From the NCBI GenBank assembly GCA_026770705.1, contig JANJGN010000369.1, forward strand, positions 310,001 to 374,000: 64,000 nt of DNA, in the 5' to 3' direction. Every line of letters starts with the position of its first letter. Positions within the stretch are counted from its first letter, which is position 1. The DNA is from Isurus oxyrinchus. Lineage: Eukaryota. Under the pieces are notes generated by a model. That model was given only the letters and a program-made list of their open reading frames with translations. It did no database searches and was not told the origin of the DNA. Of the stretch, positions 24,206 to 37,610 are shown piece after piece. Position numbers and translations under genes: made by a program.

Positions 24206-26392
24206 TCTACTCCCCATCACTGTCGAACAAGAGATATCACAAGCTATTGTTCAATTTTCCTGTTAGGTATTTCATCCTCTGCAGCGAATTCCCCTCAGAG
24301 GCAGACCGGCAGCCTCCCGTTGGCTTCATTTCACAGTTATTCTAATTGGAACCAACTACTCGTTCCTTACCAGCAATGTATGATTTGACAACTCCTGTTG
24401 CCCAGGCATCTGCGCTGGACCTTTAAACCTTTGCAGTATTCGTTGGTTTTGGTAAGATATAACTGGAGTGGGAAGCTACAAAAGGCACAGAGGTAGATTT
24501 CTCAAGTGGATTAAAAAAATCATATGGTGCTTGTTGTGGGAACCGGTGACACCGTCACACTGAAAACCACGAAGCTCATTCGGAGTAACGCTATACATTG
24601 TGCAAATCACAAAGTGTCGGGTTGAAGAAAGTGTCTCACCAAGGGTCTCATCAAAAAGGACTGCAACGCGTATCCCTCCTCATTCATTCCTGGCGAACAT
24701 GCAGTGACGCAAAAAATTCAACTCTCGCTCATCATTTTCGCCGGCAATATTTCAAATTGCTCCTTCCGCTTGAACCTCCCAAGGAAATGGTGATCCTGTT
24801 TGGCTTCATTACATCGGCTCCTAATTCCCTACTCTGTTTCCGGACGTCATTGGTTAAATTTAAAACCATGCATTGACTGAAAGGATAAAGGTGCCACTGA
24901 CATTTTAACAGAGTATCTCATGTATATTAAAGAAGCGTTTTAAATAACCAAGTCACAAGCCCAACACTGACCAGAGTTTACAAAGCAAAGTTCTCAATTG
25001 CATCCCATTTCTTCGCTGCAAATATTTTTGTTCATTTGTGCGAATTGAAAACTTTCACCTGCACGGGGCTTTCAAAACTTTGAAGATTCTATTTCTTCAG
25101 GTGAGATATTAAGTTGCAAGCATGAACGTTCTTCCTTTCCAGATGACAGTCCCTTCTTAATTCTTCCCTCGCAGTTCATTTCACCTCAATCACAGGCGCT
25201 GCATTCCAGACCTTAACCTCTTCCTGCGAGAAAAAATAAGGTTTTATTTTTCTTCGTCTGTTTTTTTTTTTTGCAACTACTTTAAATCTGCAACAGCTCG
25301 AACTTGATCCTTTCACGAACGGGAACACTTTCCTCCCATCAAATCTGCTCAGGCCGCTCGTGATTTTCCATCCTTCTATCAAATCTCCATTCAGCCTTCT
25401 TTTCTCCCAGAAAAACCGTCCTAACCTCTACAATCTATCTTCCTAACTGAAGTTCCTCATCTCAGCAGCCATCTCGTGAATTTGTTCTGCACTCCTTCCA
25501 GCATCCTTAATATCCTTCCTAAATTGTAGCGCCCAGAACCAGACGGGATGCAGCAGCTGAGGCTGAACTCTTACGGACACTTAGAAATCCTACTTATGTT
25601 ATTCCCATTACACCATTCTTCGTTTTTTTGTGCCATGTCTGTTGTCCTCATAGACAATCGCTTTCGATGTGAATCCATAACCAACACATCGGATCTAAGC
25701 TGTGCAGTTCTGTCACTTCCAGTCGTGAAAGGCGGTGGACAATTAAACACTGATTGGGAACGAGGCCCGGAATATAAATGATGACCTCAGCAGCGAATCT
25801 TAAATTCAGGAAGCAATAAAATAAAAGGCTGTCAATGTGTTCCGAGGGTCGCTGCAGTCCTACCCTGGTGTCCTGTGCCATCCTCAGTTCAAAGCTTCCC
25901 ATAGTGGACCAAACCTTATCGGTCACCGTCTATTCAGTGAGGTTCATCCCAACAACAGTTTCCAGGGAGAATGAAAGCGGAGAAAAACATTTGTTTTTAC
26001 AAAATTTAGTGGTTGATTGAGATGTCTTTAAAATCTTGTTTTTTTTTGCTGGAAAAACGTCTCAAGTCCCTTGAGACGTTCGTAGATTGATCCATGGTGT
26101 CCCACATTGTGTAGGTGCATGCAGTGGTTAAAGACAGAGAGGAAAATAAAATGTTATATCCTGCACGACTTCTGCACTGACCCCAAAGCAGTCATCATTC
26201 ACGTAATATGGCAAACCCACTGGTACATTGGGATGAACTGAAAAGGGAGCGATACATTAGCATACCGGTGCACGTTCTTTTCAAAGGGAATTTCGATCCT
26301 ATTGTGCTTCTTTATGTTCACAATCATTCTATATGCTTCCTCACGACATGAAAATGTTCAGCTCTTTGCCTGATTAATTTTAAATAAATAAC

Positions 26393-26465
26393 AGCACCAT
26401 TGAAATCTGAACTCAGGATCGTCTGCAAGACTATATCTAAGACATGACCCACTCTACCACACTGC
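26393..26465 (-). pseudogene. Thr-like tRNA pseudogene, third copy
   Basis: The minus-strand 3' half GATCCTGAGTTCAGATTTCAATGGTGC resembles Thr GATCCTGGGTTCGAATCCCAGCGGTGCC. It sits at the paralogous position in the repeat unit. Confidence 0.5.
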
Positions 26466-27338
26466 TAAGTCACAAACAGTTATGTTTTGAACCATATTTC
26501 ACTATTTTGCTGTAAGTTCATTGAGAATTCTTCATCTGTTACGGGGCTGTAGGGCAGCACGAAATAAGAATTTTGAGGAAGGAGCAATTGAGGTGGACAT
26601 TCAACCAAGAAGGTGTGGACGGTTTGTGAAGCCGTGAGACACATGACACACCTGTCCTCATTTCTCATGTTGTTGCAGACACTGCTCAGAAGATACATCA
26701 GGATTATGCTAAGCTAGGAAAGGAAGCAGCGCTGTTTGACCAGTGGGCTCAGGAGTTCAGCAGGTTACATCTGGAGTTAAATTTCATCATCCATGATTCG
26801 TATTAGCATTCAATGGGGTCAGCCGATAAATAGGCCATTTGGCCCATCCTGTCTGTGCTGGCTCGTTGAAGGAGAAATTCGCCTCAATCAATCCACCGGC
26901 CATCTCCCCGATCCTTACGAAATCGTCAGTTTTATTTTCAGGGATTAACTGTTTTTTTCTCTTTTCTTCATTATAGAAGAATGATCTGATCGAGGCTTCT
27001 AACCTGTTAAAGTGAATTGTTAGTTTTAACACAGAGAAGCCATTTCACCCGGCAGGAAGAATGGGGTTGAATGTTGACTTTTGTTTTGGTCACAGTTCCA
27101 CAGCGCAGGTGCCAGCCAAGCAAGAGGAATGTCAGGAAACACTCTTCACACAAGGAGTACCTGGAAACCCAGGAAGGAATTTAAATTGATCGAGGCTACC
27201 ACAATTGCAAGAGAGTGGATACTTTGATGGAAATCAAAGTAATGCCGCCAGTTCCTCAGCTCCCCGTGAAGAATTCAGCGTCCAAGGCTGTCTCTTTGGT
27301 CGTTTCACCGGGCGTGAACATCTTAAGCCGAAAGTGAA

Positions 27339-27410
27339 CAGCCAGACATGGACTTATCACCTGAACGCTCAGATTAAAAGTCTGGTGCCCTAACGAAAGA
27401 GCTGCCCAGT
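27339..27410 (-). pseudogene. tRNA-Lys(TTT) pseudogene
   Basis: The anticodon arm CTCAGATTAAAAGTCTG is retained (CAGA-CT-TTT-AA-TCTG on minus); the T arm and acceptor stem are decayed. Confidence 0.75.
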
Positions 27411-30189
27411 GAGAGCAGCCATCACTACTTAAACAGAGGCGTCACGAGCTTTTTATGCATTCCCTTGTGAGGTGACTCATCTTCTGCAGCTCCTTTTTCC
27501 TCACAAGCAGACCAGCAGCCTCCCTTTGGCTTCATTTTACAATTATTCTAATTTGCACCTACTACTCACTCCTGACACATGGCGTGTGACCTCGCAACTG
27601 CTGTTAGCCAGTTATCTGCACTAGGCATTTAAAGCTTTGAAGATTGCATTGGTTTCGGGAAGATATAATTGCAGTCGGAAGCTAAAAAATGAATAAACAA
27701 TTTCTAACGGTATTTGTAGTGGGAACGTGTGATGACATCACATTGAAATCAACAAAGCTTCTAAATAGTCCAAATCACAAATTGTAGGGATGGAAATAGA
27801 TCTGCCAGCCCAAGGACTTCATCAAAAAAGCACGAACATTTATCTCTCCCCGTTTGTTCCTTCCTAAAGCGCAGTAACATAAATCATTCAAAATTTGCCC
27901 ACAGTTATCACCGGCAATATTTTAAAATGTTCTTCCCGCATGACTTCCCAAGGAAACAATGATCCTATCCGGCTTCATTATATAGTCGCCTAATTATCAA
28001 TGTTGCCTCTGGACGTCAATGGTTTTATTTAAAGCCATGCATCGACTTAATCGATGAAGACACATCTGACAATTAAAAGCAGAATCGCTTTTACATTAAA
28101 CAAGCGCTTTAACCAACTAAGTCACAACGCCAACACTGACTAGAGCTTTGCATTGTAAACTTCAAAATTGTATCCCACTACTTTGCTGCAAACATTATTG
28201 TTCATCTCTTATTGGGCTGTATGAAAAGTCCGAATTGAGAACGTTCATCTGCACAGGGCTTTCAAAGCTTTGAAAATTCGATTTCTTTCGGTGAGATATT
28301 AAGTCAGATAAATTCCAGTGAGAGGTACAAAGGGAGAGGGATTGATTTTGCGAATTGGGAAACTGCTTCACATAGTGCCTGTTGTGGGAATGTGAAGTCC
28401 TGGCAGGTCCCGGAGATGCTGTTGCTGTATTGTAGGTCAGATAGCAGACTCACCCTCCGTTAAGTGAAGATCAACTTCATTTCTGGACTCAAACACAGAT
28501 CACTGGTTCTAGGTCTTTCCTTCCGACCATGGATTGGTCAACATGTGACTCCAGGCACAGAGCTCTTAACTGTCCCCCTGAATTGGTCTAGCAAAGCACT
28601 GGGTCTTATTAAAATCGCAGTTGCAAAGAACAATTAGGGGGTGGGGAAATGCTGGTCTCAGCAGTCACAGATCACAGCCCTTCCCTTAGTTCATTTTGTG
28701 GCTCTGAAAAAAGCCATTGTTAGATATAGTGCTGAAACCAGTTTTAGGGTCGCTCCCCGCGGATGCGGCGAGACAGCTGGATATCTTTCGGCCAGATGGT
28801 GACCCGCTTTAAGCGGATGGAGCGCAGGTTTTACACAGGAGTACTTTTTTCCTGTGCAAGCACTTTTATAAAAATTCCTATCTTTCCAGTAAAATTTGGA
28901 ATTTATATACAATACTGCTAACCTCTGATGCTGTTCCCGCGACCCCTCTCCTCTCCCACCACATAAAACCAGGGAACTAAATGACAGCATCCATCATTTG
29001 TTCCATGTGGCTGCGGGTGTAATTTATTAAAATGACATCTCATAGCACCCGCCCAGTTGTGGGATGGTTTTAGCGCTGAATACTGTGATGAAACATTTAT
29101 CAATCCATTACTTATTGACTTCTGAGAATGTTCAATTTATAGAACAATCCAGGTTTTCCCTTAAGTGGACTTTTATAGATAAAATTACCATGTCCCTGCG
29201 AGCTAACTGGGAATGGCTTAATCTGCACAGTGATAGTGCAAATAAATGTTGAGCCTCATGCCAGGATCAATAGCCATGGAAATTAAGCCGGGAGCATGAT
29301 GGGTGGCTGTTTTGGTGGTTCCAGAAAGTAACATATGTGACAACCACGTGGCAGAGCCAGAATGCTACTCCATTGTACTCATTGTCTCATCATAGGACTG
29401 TCCCCTCATCCTGGGGACCAATCAGTGAAGATTCGCTGTGCCGCCTCCAAATCACTAGTATCCTTCCTTAAAGATGAAGATCGAAACTGCAAATAATATT
29501 AAAGAAATGATGTCACCAAAGCCCTTTGTTTTTTAGCAAGACTTATTAATTCTTGAACTGAGATCCCCTTACAATACAGTCTAAAATGTACTGTCTTCAA
29601 ATAAACAAAATGTGTGTCTAAGTGAGGTTATGAAAAGTGGCATAGAAGTCGTCCAAAGGCAACATGAAGGAACAATTAAGTAAAGGAGACCGAACACAGC
29701 CCGCAAAGTAAATAAACAAGAAAGAAGATAAAGAAGGATATTAAGAACTAAAATTGATGAACTCATTTTTGGGTTCAGTGGCTGAAGCGTCCTGAGTCAG
29801 AAGATGATCCACTTTTCCATAAGCTTTGATTTTGGTGAGGCCATTTATTCCCCAGGTGCTGTTCTATTATTTCTAATGTTTCCTAATTTCAATGTTGAAA
29901 TCTGTCCATTTGTTGTACCTGTGTTCCTTATTCCCAAATTCCAAGCAAGCGGAAATAGTTTCCTCAACTGACCATATCCGCACCAGAGGTCCTAGTACAT
30001 AAATCATTAAAGTAGCTTGCATACAAGGTCCAGCAAGTGATTAGGAAGGCAAATTAAATGGTGGCTTTTATTGAGGGAGAATGGAAGTTTTAGTGCAGCT
30101 GCACAGAAGATTAGTGAGCAAACATCTGGAAAACTGTGTACAGTGTTGGCCACCATATTTTTAAAATATCGCCATGAAACGATAATATT

Positions 30190-31080
30190 TTTCGTAATAT
30201 TATTGTTGGCTTATATGTGTGAATGTGGATGTTCCTGCCTAAGTGAATGAAGTAATTGAATTAGAGTCAGATAGACTGCAGGTTTGAAATTGTCGAAATA
30301 AAATAAGAGCAGGAAGACATCTGAAATGCTAATAAGTAAATATGGATGAGGAGCAGGGTGTGAAGGAAATTTGCATTTTCAGATAAGTGGAAGGTGGTTG
30401 GGTATCAAATAGATAGTAGCATTTTTGCAACTAACAAGATAAACAGGGCAAGGTTATTATGTTTATTTTTCCTAAAAGGAAACGGACTTTATTGACTTTC
30501 TGAATGATTTTTACAAAACGAGAAAATTAAACTTTCAAAGTCCTGTAGAACAATGGAATTTAGAGATTAGAATGAGAGAAACGTATAAAAAACGGATGAA
30601 AGACTGTATAGAGAGCGTTGCCATGTCAGATTGAAAGGTACACTATGTGAAGCATTGGGGAACAGTCACTGTAGCAGACGTTTGCTACTTATACAAATAT
30701 AAAGAGTTGCGTTGCAAGGCTTTGGTAATCCAATGCCGAGTACTTGGTGTGGTATCTTTGCATCATTGATTTTGTAGTTTCAAATCTATTTTAGGCTGCT
30801 GCCTTATAGGGGGAGTGGAGTTGGCAACCTGTTTAACTAAGAATTTTGGGAAATGCTACGCCTAAATAACCGTGTAACTCTAATATTGTGTGTATTTATC
30901 GTTTTTTTTTCCTTCTGTTAATAAATGTTTTACAATAATTAAAAATCCCTTAAGGTGTTATTGGATTCAATGCCTCGGAGTTCAGTGCAAAAGCCTTCTC
31001 GGAATAAATACAAATTGCCTGAACTTTTGTGATAAATGGCTAAGTTTCCCTTGTGCATTTGGCCCACCTGGCATACAATA
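30190..31080 (+). mobile_element. Solo LTR related to the Gmr1-like LTRs
   Basis: Shares motifs with 46300-47192 and 52660-53010 (GAAGG(A/G)AATTTGCATTTT(C/T)AGATAA, CTGCTGCCTTA, TTCAGTGCA, and a terminal TTCC…TTTGG(C/T)CC). No adjacent internal sequence. Confidence 0.6.
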
Positions 31081-32049
31081 CCTGTCATACCAAATGCATA
31101 AGAAGCATTGCAGAGAAAGGTCAGTCAATTCTTTCAGAGGATGACGGGTTTAACTTATCAAGGCAGTTTGGTCCTGTTTCCATTGGAGTTGAGAAGAAAT
31201 CGAGGAGACCTTCCTGAATCATACCCGGTCCCGAAGGGACATGATCGGATGGCGTCGAGAAGTAGGGGACAGTGTAGAAAAAGGAGAGGTCTCCATTTTA
31301 AGAGGAAATACGAGGCTTTTTTACTCCTCGTAGAGCGGCGTTCTGTGTAATTTTACTTTTTGCTGTCTCCATGAACACTTTCTTTCACCCAAGGCCCGGA
31401 AATTAGGCGTTTGCATCGCGTGGATGTTCTGAATGTTCATGACACGCAAAAGGCTCTTTCTCACTTGACAAACATTTTCTTCCACCTGCTGTGATGGGAA
31501 TTGAAATTCACTGGTAAATATGATCAAACAGTTTATGTTTTTTTTTGTAAAATGCACTTTTTTAACATCAGCGAACATTGCAAATGCAATTTAACCGACC
31601 AGTGCACATGTTGATGTCCTTTTCGCTTTGTTTGATGTATTTCATGACTCTGCTGGGTGCTCTATTACATGCATCCAGCGCTGCCTGTGTTAAAAAAATA
31701 ATCACCACAATCATATTGCTCATTTTGCACCCCAGGTCGGTATGATTTATTTTTCATTTATGGGATGTGAGCATCGCTGGCTAGGCCAGCATCTACAGCT
31801 GCTCCTAAATTACGCTAGAGAACTTGGTGATGTGCTGCCTTCTTGAACTGCTAAAGTCCATGTGGTGTAGGTGCACTCAGAGTGCAGTGAGTGATGGAGT
31901 TGCAGGATGTTCACATCGGCATCTTTCTCTTTCTTCTGGAGAACATTTATTGTAAGGGACCTGAACAAAATGAATAATTGTCAGTATGGAGTCCCTATCT
32001 GAAAGAGGAAACGCATCCGGTAGAGATGATATAACACGTGTTCACTAGC

Positions 32050-33215
32050 CTCATGCGAAAGCAAGACTCAGCATGGTTTTTCGAAAGGGAAATCATGTTT
32101 AACCAAGTTATTAGAGTTTTGTGAAGGATAAGCATGTGTTATGGATGAAGAGGAGCACGTATGCTTAATATACTTCGATTTTCAAAAGGCCTTAGACAAG
32201 CTGCCACATCGAAGGTTATTGCAGAAAATAAATGTTCATGCTATAGGGGTAAGATATTGACATGGAGAGAAGGCTGGCTGGCTGACAGAAAACAGAGAGT
32301 ATGCATATGTGGGTCTTTGTCTGATTGGCAGGAAATACGACTGGATGGGGATAGGTACTGGGATCATGATTTTTTACAATTTATATCAATCGCTTAGATG
32401 AGGAGATTTAAGTCATGATAGATAATTTTTCAGGTGGCACAGATAAAGTTGGGAAAGTTCTGAAGATTGCAAAAGGAACATGCTAATAGAAATATATGGA
32501 TTGAGTTTTTGGACAAAAACCTACAGATGGATAATTATTTTGGAACATATGAAGTTGTTCATTTTGGTAGGGAAAATAATAATAATAAGAAACAAATTAT
32601 TAATTACACAGAGAACGACTGCAGAGTTCCAAGCTGCAGGGGGATCTAGGTGCCTTGGTTCATGAGTCACAAAAAGTTATTATGCAGGTACAGCACGTAA
32701 TGTAGGAGTCGAATGCAATGCTATCCTTTATTTCTAGAGGAATTGGAGACAAAAGAAAGGCTGTTAAGCTTCAGTAATACAGGGTAATCATGACTCCAAA
32801 TCTGGAGTACTGTATGCCTTTTTTTTCCCTTTACTTTAGGAAGGATGTAAGTGAGTTTGAGGCGGTTCAGAGCGAGTTTACTGGGTTGATACCTGGAATG
32901 AGCGGGTGCCTTATGAGTATTGGTCGGACAGACTGGGTGTGTTCCTTGTAGGACAGTGGAAATGAGATGTTTTTTTTTCTCTCAGGTGACTATGCGACTT
33001 CAGAACATTCGGCCTCAGAAAGCAATGGAGGTGCTGTCATTTAAAATTTTAAAAAATACAGGTAAATAAATTCTTGTAAGGCAAAAGATTCAAAGGCTTT
33101 CGGCGCAGATGGGAATGTGGAATGCGAAATACAAACATGTCATCCACGATCTTGGTGAACGGACGAACAGCCTCGAACATCCATTTGATTTACTTCTGCT
33201 CCTATTTCCTATGTT
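32050..33215 (+). mobile_element. CR1 LINE RT and 3' end
   Basis: CAGCATGGTTTTTCGAAAGGGAAATCATG (QHGF.KGKS), CTGGAGTACTGT and a CR1 3' UTR. Confidence 0.75.
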
Positions 33216-34884
33216 CGTAGCAAATGCAGATATTGGAAATCTGAAGTAACAACAGAAATTCCTGTTATGCTCTCCAGACACTACTGCTTCCTGGGAGAGA
33301 GAAAATCTCAATCTTTCAGCTCTGTAAACCAAAGGTGTTGTCTGAGCTGCTGAGTGAAGCCAGCATTTTCTAAAGGCTGAAAGTCCTATGTTTTAATTAT
33401 AGCTTGGTCCCTAGATTCATGCCAATATTCAAAGCAGAGATTCAGCAAGATTACTGTATACTCTCTGGATCTTAGTGTAATCAGTGATGAGGAGAAACCT
33501 ATTCAACAAATGTTTATGTATCTTTGAAGTCCCCTAACACAGGGGATTGGGAGAGCTCAAAATATTTAAACCTGAGATCAATATATTATTGAATACTGAG
33601 GGGATAAGAGGATATGAGAATAGCCCTGCACCTATCCATCAGTCTGATGGGAAAATGAAAATGTTGCACATAGAGATCAAAGAGAGGGAAACAGGGAGAC
33701 AAACAGACAGACATTCAAAAGGTAGAGAATGACGGGCAGAGACATGCGTCGCAATATTTTTGCTTCATTAGTTGGACATGGCAAAGAGAAAGACTTCCAG
33801 AGAAACAATGACACGCTCAGAAAATAGTTCAGGAAGTAAGACGCACACATAATAAAACACGTTTAAAGTGGAGATAGATTTCAATACGAGGAAGTAAGCA
33901 ATGTTATTACGAACTTTTGGAGGACCAATATGGAAAGTCGCTACACTGTAAAAGAGAGGTTTTTGTAAAGTGTGGATGGGCAGTGAGAGATTTCCCTCCA
34001 TATACACAACGCTCATAATGTAGCTCAATAAGCATATTGAATATTTTGGTTTCTAAATCGAGAAAGAGCATGTTAAGCCACTGGGGTCATGCTAGAACTT
34101 GAAGTCCTGCATTTACACATTCGTAAGCAATCTTGTTAGTTTTGTTCACCACTCTTCAGCAAGGCATCAGAAAGGGGCTCGAGAACGTTCACTGGGGCGT
34201 TTTCAAGGATGAAATTGTTATATTATGAGGTGTTGTTGGACAACCCCGGGTTATTATACTTTGGACAAAACATTTTGAAAAATCACCAAATAGTGGTTTT
34301 CCACATCATGCGAGATTTGGGGAGGGTAAACAAGGAAAAAAATCCCCTCTGTGTGTACATCAATAACTAAAGGTCATGGATTCAAATTCGTTGACAAAAG
34401 TTATGCAGATGACGGGAGCCGAGACATTTCCACTCGGAGTTGGTGGGATCTGGAAGGCTTGACATAAATAGGTGTCAGAAGATATTTTCGTGAATAATTT
34501 TAGATAGAAATTGTAAAAGCCTTTGCAGACGAGCATCTTAGAAAACCACAATAAACAAGAACAACGCGGGAGCAATTAACAAAAACAACGCACACATGCA
34601 CAAATACAAGCGCACGGAAAATTTGCCTGCACATACCGTTGGGCACATCTAATTAAGCTTAAAGTGACATCGACAATGTGAGAGAGGGAGAAAAAGAAGG
34701 GTGGCATTAATTTAGCCGATATTTGTGGTATTCATGACAGAAAATTCGTGAGCACACGGAGATGAATAAGAATGAGGAAAGCGACTTCTGTTGTTGAAAA
34801 GTTTGCGATATGATACCGCATAAGGCAGAACTCATCTCTAAGGAAATTGGTCAAATTTTGAAACTGAACGAAGAACAGAATTTG

Positions 34885-34962
34885 CGTAGTCGCAAGGATT
34901 TGAATCTGCTCAAAGGCACGCTAATGCATGTGTATTTGCTTTCCGCACTCGGCCACAACTAC
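34885..34962 (-). pseudogene. tRNA-Ser pseudogene
   Basis: CGTAGTCGCAAGGATTTGAATCTGC…CACTCGGCCACAACTAC matches the reverse complement of vertebrate Ser (GTAGTCGTGGCCGAGTGG…GCAGGTTCGAATCCTGCCGACTACG). The anticodon arm is destroyed. Confidence 0.8.
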
Positions 34963-36789
34963 GCAGTTTAGCAGTATATGAACCAGACTGATCACCGTCC
35001 AAAACAATTCTCATTAAGTGTCTCTCTTTCGTATGATTTTGACTTCTTGTGCTGAAAATAAATGCGTGTCATCCTTCTGCTGGTTGTAGAGCTGTATTTT
35101 CGATTTGTCTTCTGAACTTGGTTTGATGCAGAAATATTTTTTCTGTCTGTTTCTTTCCTTTTCCCAATGATTCCTAAATATATTTACACACAACGCAGAT
35201 ATTCACAAATACTTTGAGAGATAAAACAGTCACATACACACATTCATTCAGAACGAGCACACCGATAAACATAACAACCAATTTCAAACATCACAATGTT
35301 AATGATAAATATTCGGACATTCAGAACCTGCTGTAACTCAACTCGGAGGTGTCGCAATAGCTGCCTTAAAGGTGCAACAGCAAATGAATATTTTGTTGAC
35401 AGAAACACAGAGATAATCTAATTATATTCTACTATCATGTTCCGTGTTCTTTCTGCAATTTAGTTTTGAGGAACTACCAGGAATAGCGATTGTGGATTCG
35501 ATAGGATGGATCGAAAGGAACTGCTCCCTTGGACTTTGTGTGCACACAGAACACAGGAGACAGAATGGCAAGACATTGGACAGTAAATGCAGAGCCAGTC
35601 AGTAAGTATATGAGTGTACACAAGGAATATATATTTCAGGTACCATTTGTGAAATGAGTGTATTTTCTAGGTGGTGAGAAACAAGGGGCTGTGGAAAAAC
35701 AAATTGGTTTCGATCTCCAGGACGAGGGCTCACAAACAGCTAGTATGCATGCACAAATAACACCATCTTTAATCTCCATTTCAAGATTTTCATATCCGAG
35801 TTAACAATCCTTACAATCAATGTTTAGACAGCTGACCTGAGTTTGTAGCTTAAATTAGAAAACAGATCCATGCAACTAGCGGAGAGGCTTAAAACATGCT
35901 GTTTTCCATATTGTTTTCCAATATTTTGCAATGTGCATAGTTGTTCACCTCTTCTATGGCTTGAAACTTTGGGAATTTTTTATCTGTGATTGTGATGTAA
36001 GACAGGGGGAAATGAGAATTTTCACGAAGTTGCAATTGTGGAAAAAAGATTCAGCTGGAATGGTCGTGAAGCCTTTAAATTCATGAGGCACAAGTTTCTC
36101 TTTCTCGTGTTCTTGTAGATAACACTCGAAGGAATCACCCTATTGGCACCAGAATGCAAAAAACTGCTGATTCACCAATGGGATTTCGGATTGCAATCGT
36201 TTATTTTACGAATTTAGTTTTGATAATCGTAGAAAGGTATAATCATATCATGGATACAGCACAAAATGAAACCATTCGTCCTGTCCTGTCTGTTCTGTTT
36301 CTCTTATGGAGAAATGCAACCATTGTCAATCCCCCGCCTTCTCCCGTGCATTTGTTTTCTTTTCAGGTCTTTTCCCTGTTTCTAGTCTCTTTAGAAATAA
36401 AATGAAGGGTGATCGAATCGAATTTTCTATTCCATTTAAACCACGTGTTAGGTTATAAAGGGAGAAACCGCTTTCCCTGGAGGAAAAAATGGGGCTGATT
36501 CAAGTCATGTTGTTGACACTGATGCAGAGAGATGAGGACTAAGCCAACAAAGATTAATAAATAAATAAATAAATAAAACAGGAAGCTTTTTTCACAATGA
36601 GGGCAGCTGGAAATTTAGAAAGAATTTTTAAAAGTTGATCGAATCTACAATAAATTCTAGAAGACACTATGTTTTTGCCAATCGAATAGACATATCTGTC
36701 TGTTCTGCTCGCTTGAAGAACTCAACATCCCTGACTCCTGTATTTCCTGTTGCTTTACAGGGGGGAAAACACCTCGAGTCAAAATGTAC

Positions 36790-36861
36790 TGTCCAAACCT
36801 GGACTCGAACAGTAGACCCGCATATTACATTTGTTAAGTTTTACCGATTGAGACATCCAGC
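36790..36861 (-). pseudogene. Highly decayed tRNA-Lys-derived pseudogene
   Basis: GGACTCGAAC (B box on minus) and TACCGATTGAGACATCCAGC (A box and 5' end) sit at the paralogous position of the repeat unit. Confidence 0.5.
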
Positions 36862-37389
36862 TGGAATAATCATTCTTCCAATAGCTGCCTTCGCCACCTG
36901 ACATGAGGCATTGCAACCACTTTTTGCTTTCATTCCCTTGTTTGCTAATCCATCCTCGACAGCACATTTCCTTTATAGGCAGATCAGCAGCGTCCCTTTG
37001 GCTTCGTTTATCAAATCACCTAATTTACTCCAACTGTTTGCTCCTAACCCGTGGCTTGGGAGGTGAGGATTGTTGTTTCCGACTATTTTCACTGACCCTT
37101 GCTGATTGTGTTTACTTCGGCGGTGTGTTGAATTGTAGGAATTGGAGAGGGAAGATCAAAACCCTCAGAGATGGATCTTGCGAATGGGTAAACAATTCCA
37201 TATGATGTTTGTTGTTGGAAATTGTGATGTTAACCCTTTTAAAGCAAGAAAGCTCATTGGCGGAAACGTTCCAAATTGTGAGAATCACAAAAATAGTGGA
37301 GTAAGATAGAAATGCTACACAAATGTTCAGTTGTTCTAGGTGCAGCGCTGAGCGGGAAGCAATGATCGTAAGATAAAGGAAAAACAGTA

Positions 37390-37610
37390 CAGAGGCTGGA
37401 AATATGAAACAAAAACAATCAGTGGTGAAAAAACTCAGCATTTCTGACAGCATCTATGGAGAGAAAGGCAGAGTTAACTTTTAGAAACCATATGACTTAC
37501 TCAGAACGTTCTGAGGAAGAGTCATATGGAGCTGAAACGTTAGCTCTGCCGTTCACTTCACAGTTGATGTCAGTAGTGTTGACTTTTCCCAGCACTTATT
37601 CTTTTGGTAT
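37390..37610. mobile_element. Palindromic Penelope-like terminal repeat with decayed hammerhead-like core
   Basis: Imperfect inverted arms centre on TCAGAACGTTCTGA (~37501-37514), followed by CTGAGGA-AGAGTCATATGGAGCT-GAAACGTT. Confidence 0.6.

Larger units (their letters stand above)
22780..28310 (+). repeat. Tandem segmental duplication, period about 3.2 kb
   Basis: 22780-25120 is collinear with about 25990-28310 (e.g. ATCATTCTATATGCTTCCTC…GAAAATGTTCAGCTCTTT-like blocks near 23112 and 26323; GGTGAGATATTAAG near 25100 and 28290). Further copies lie at 2850-4630 and about 35950-37320. Confidence 0.9.
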
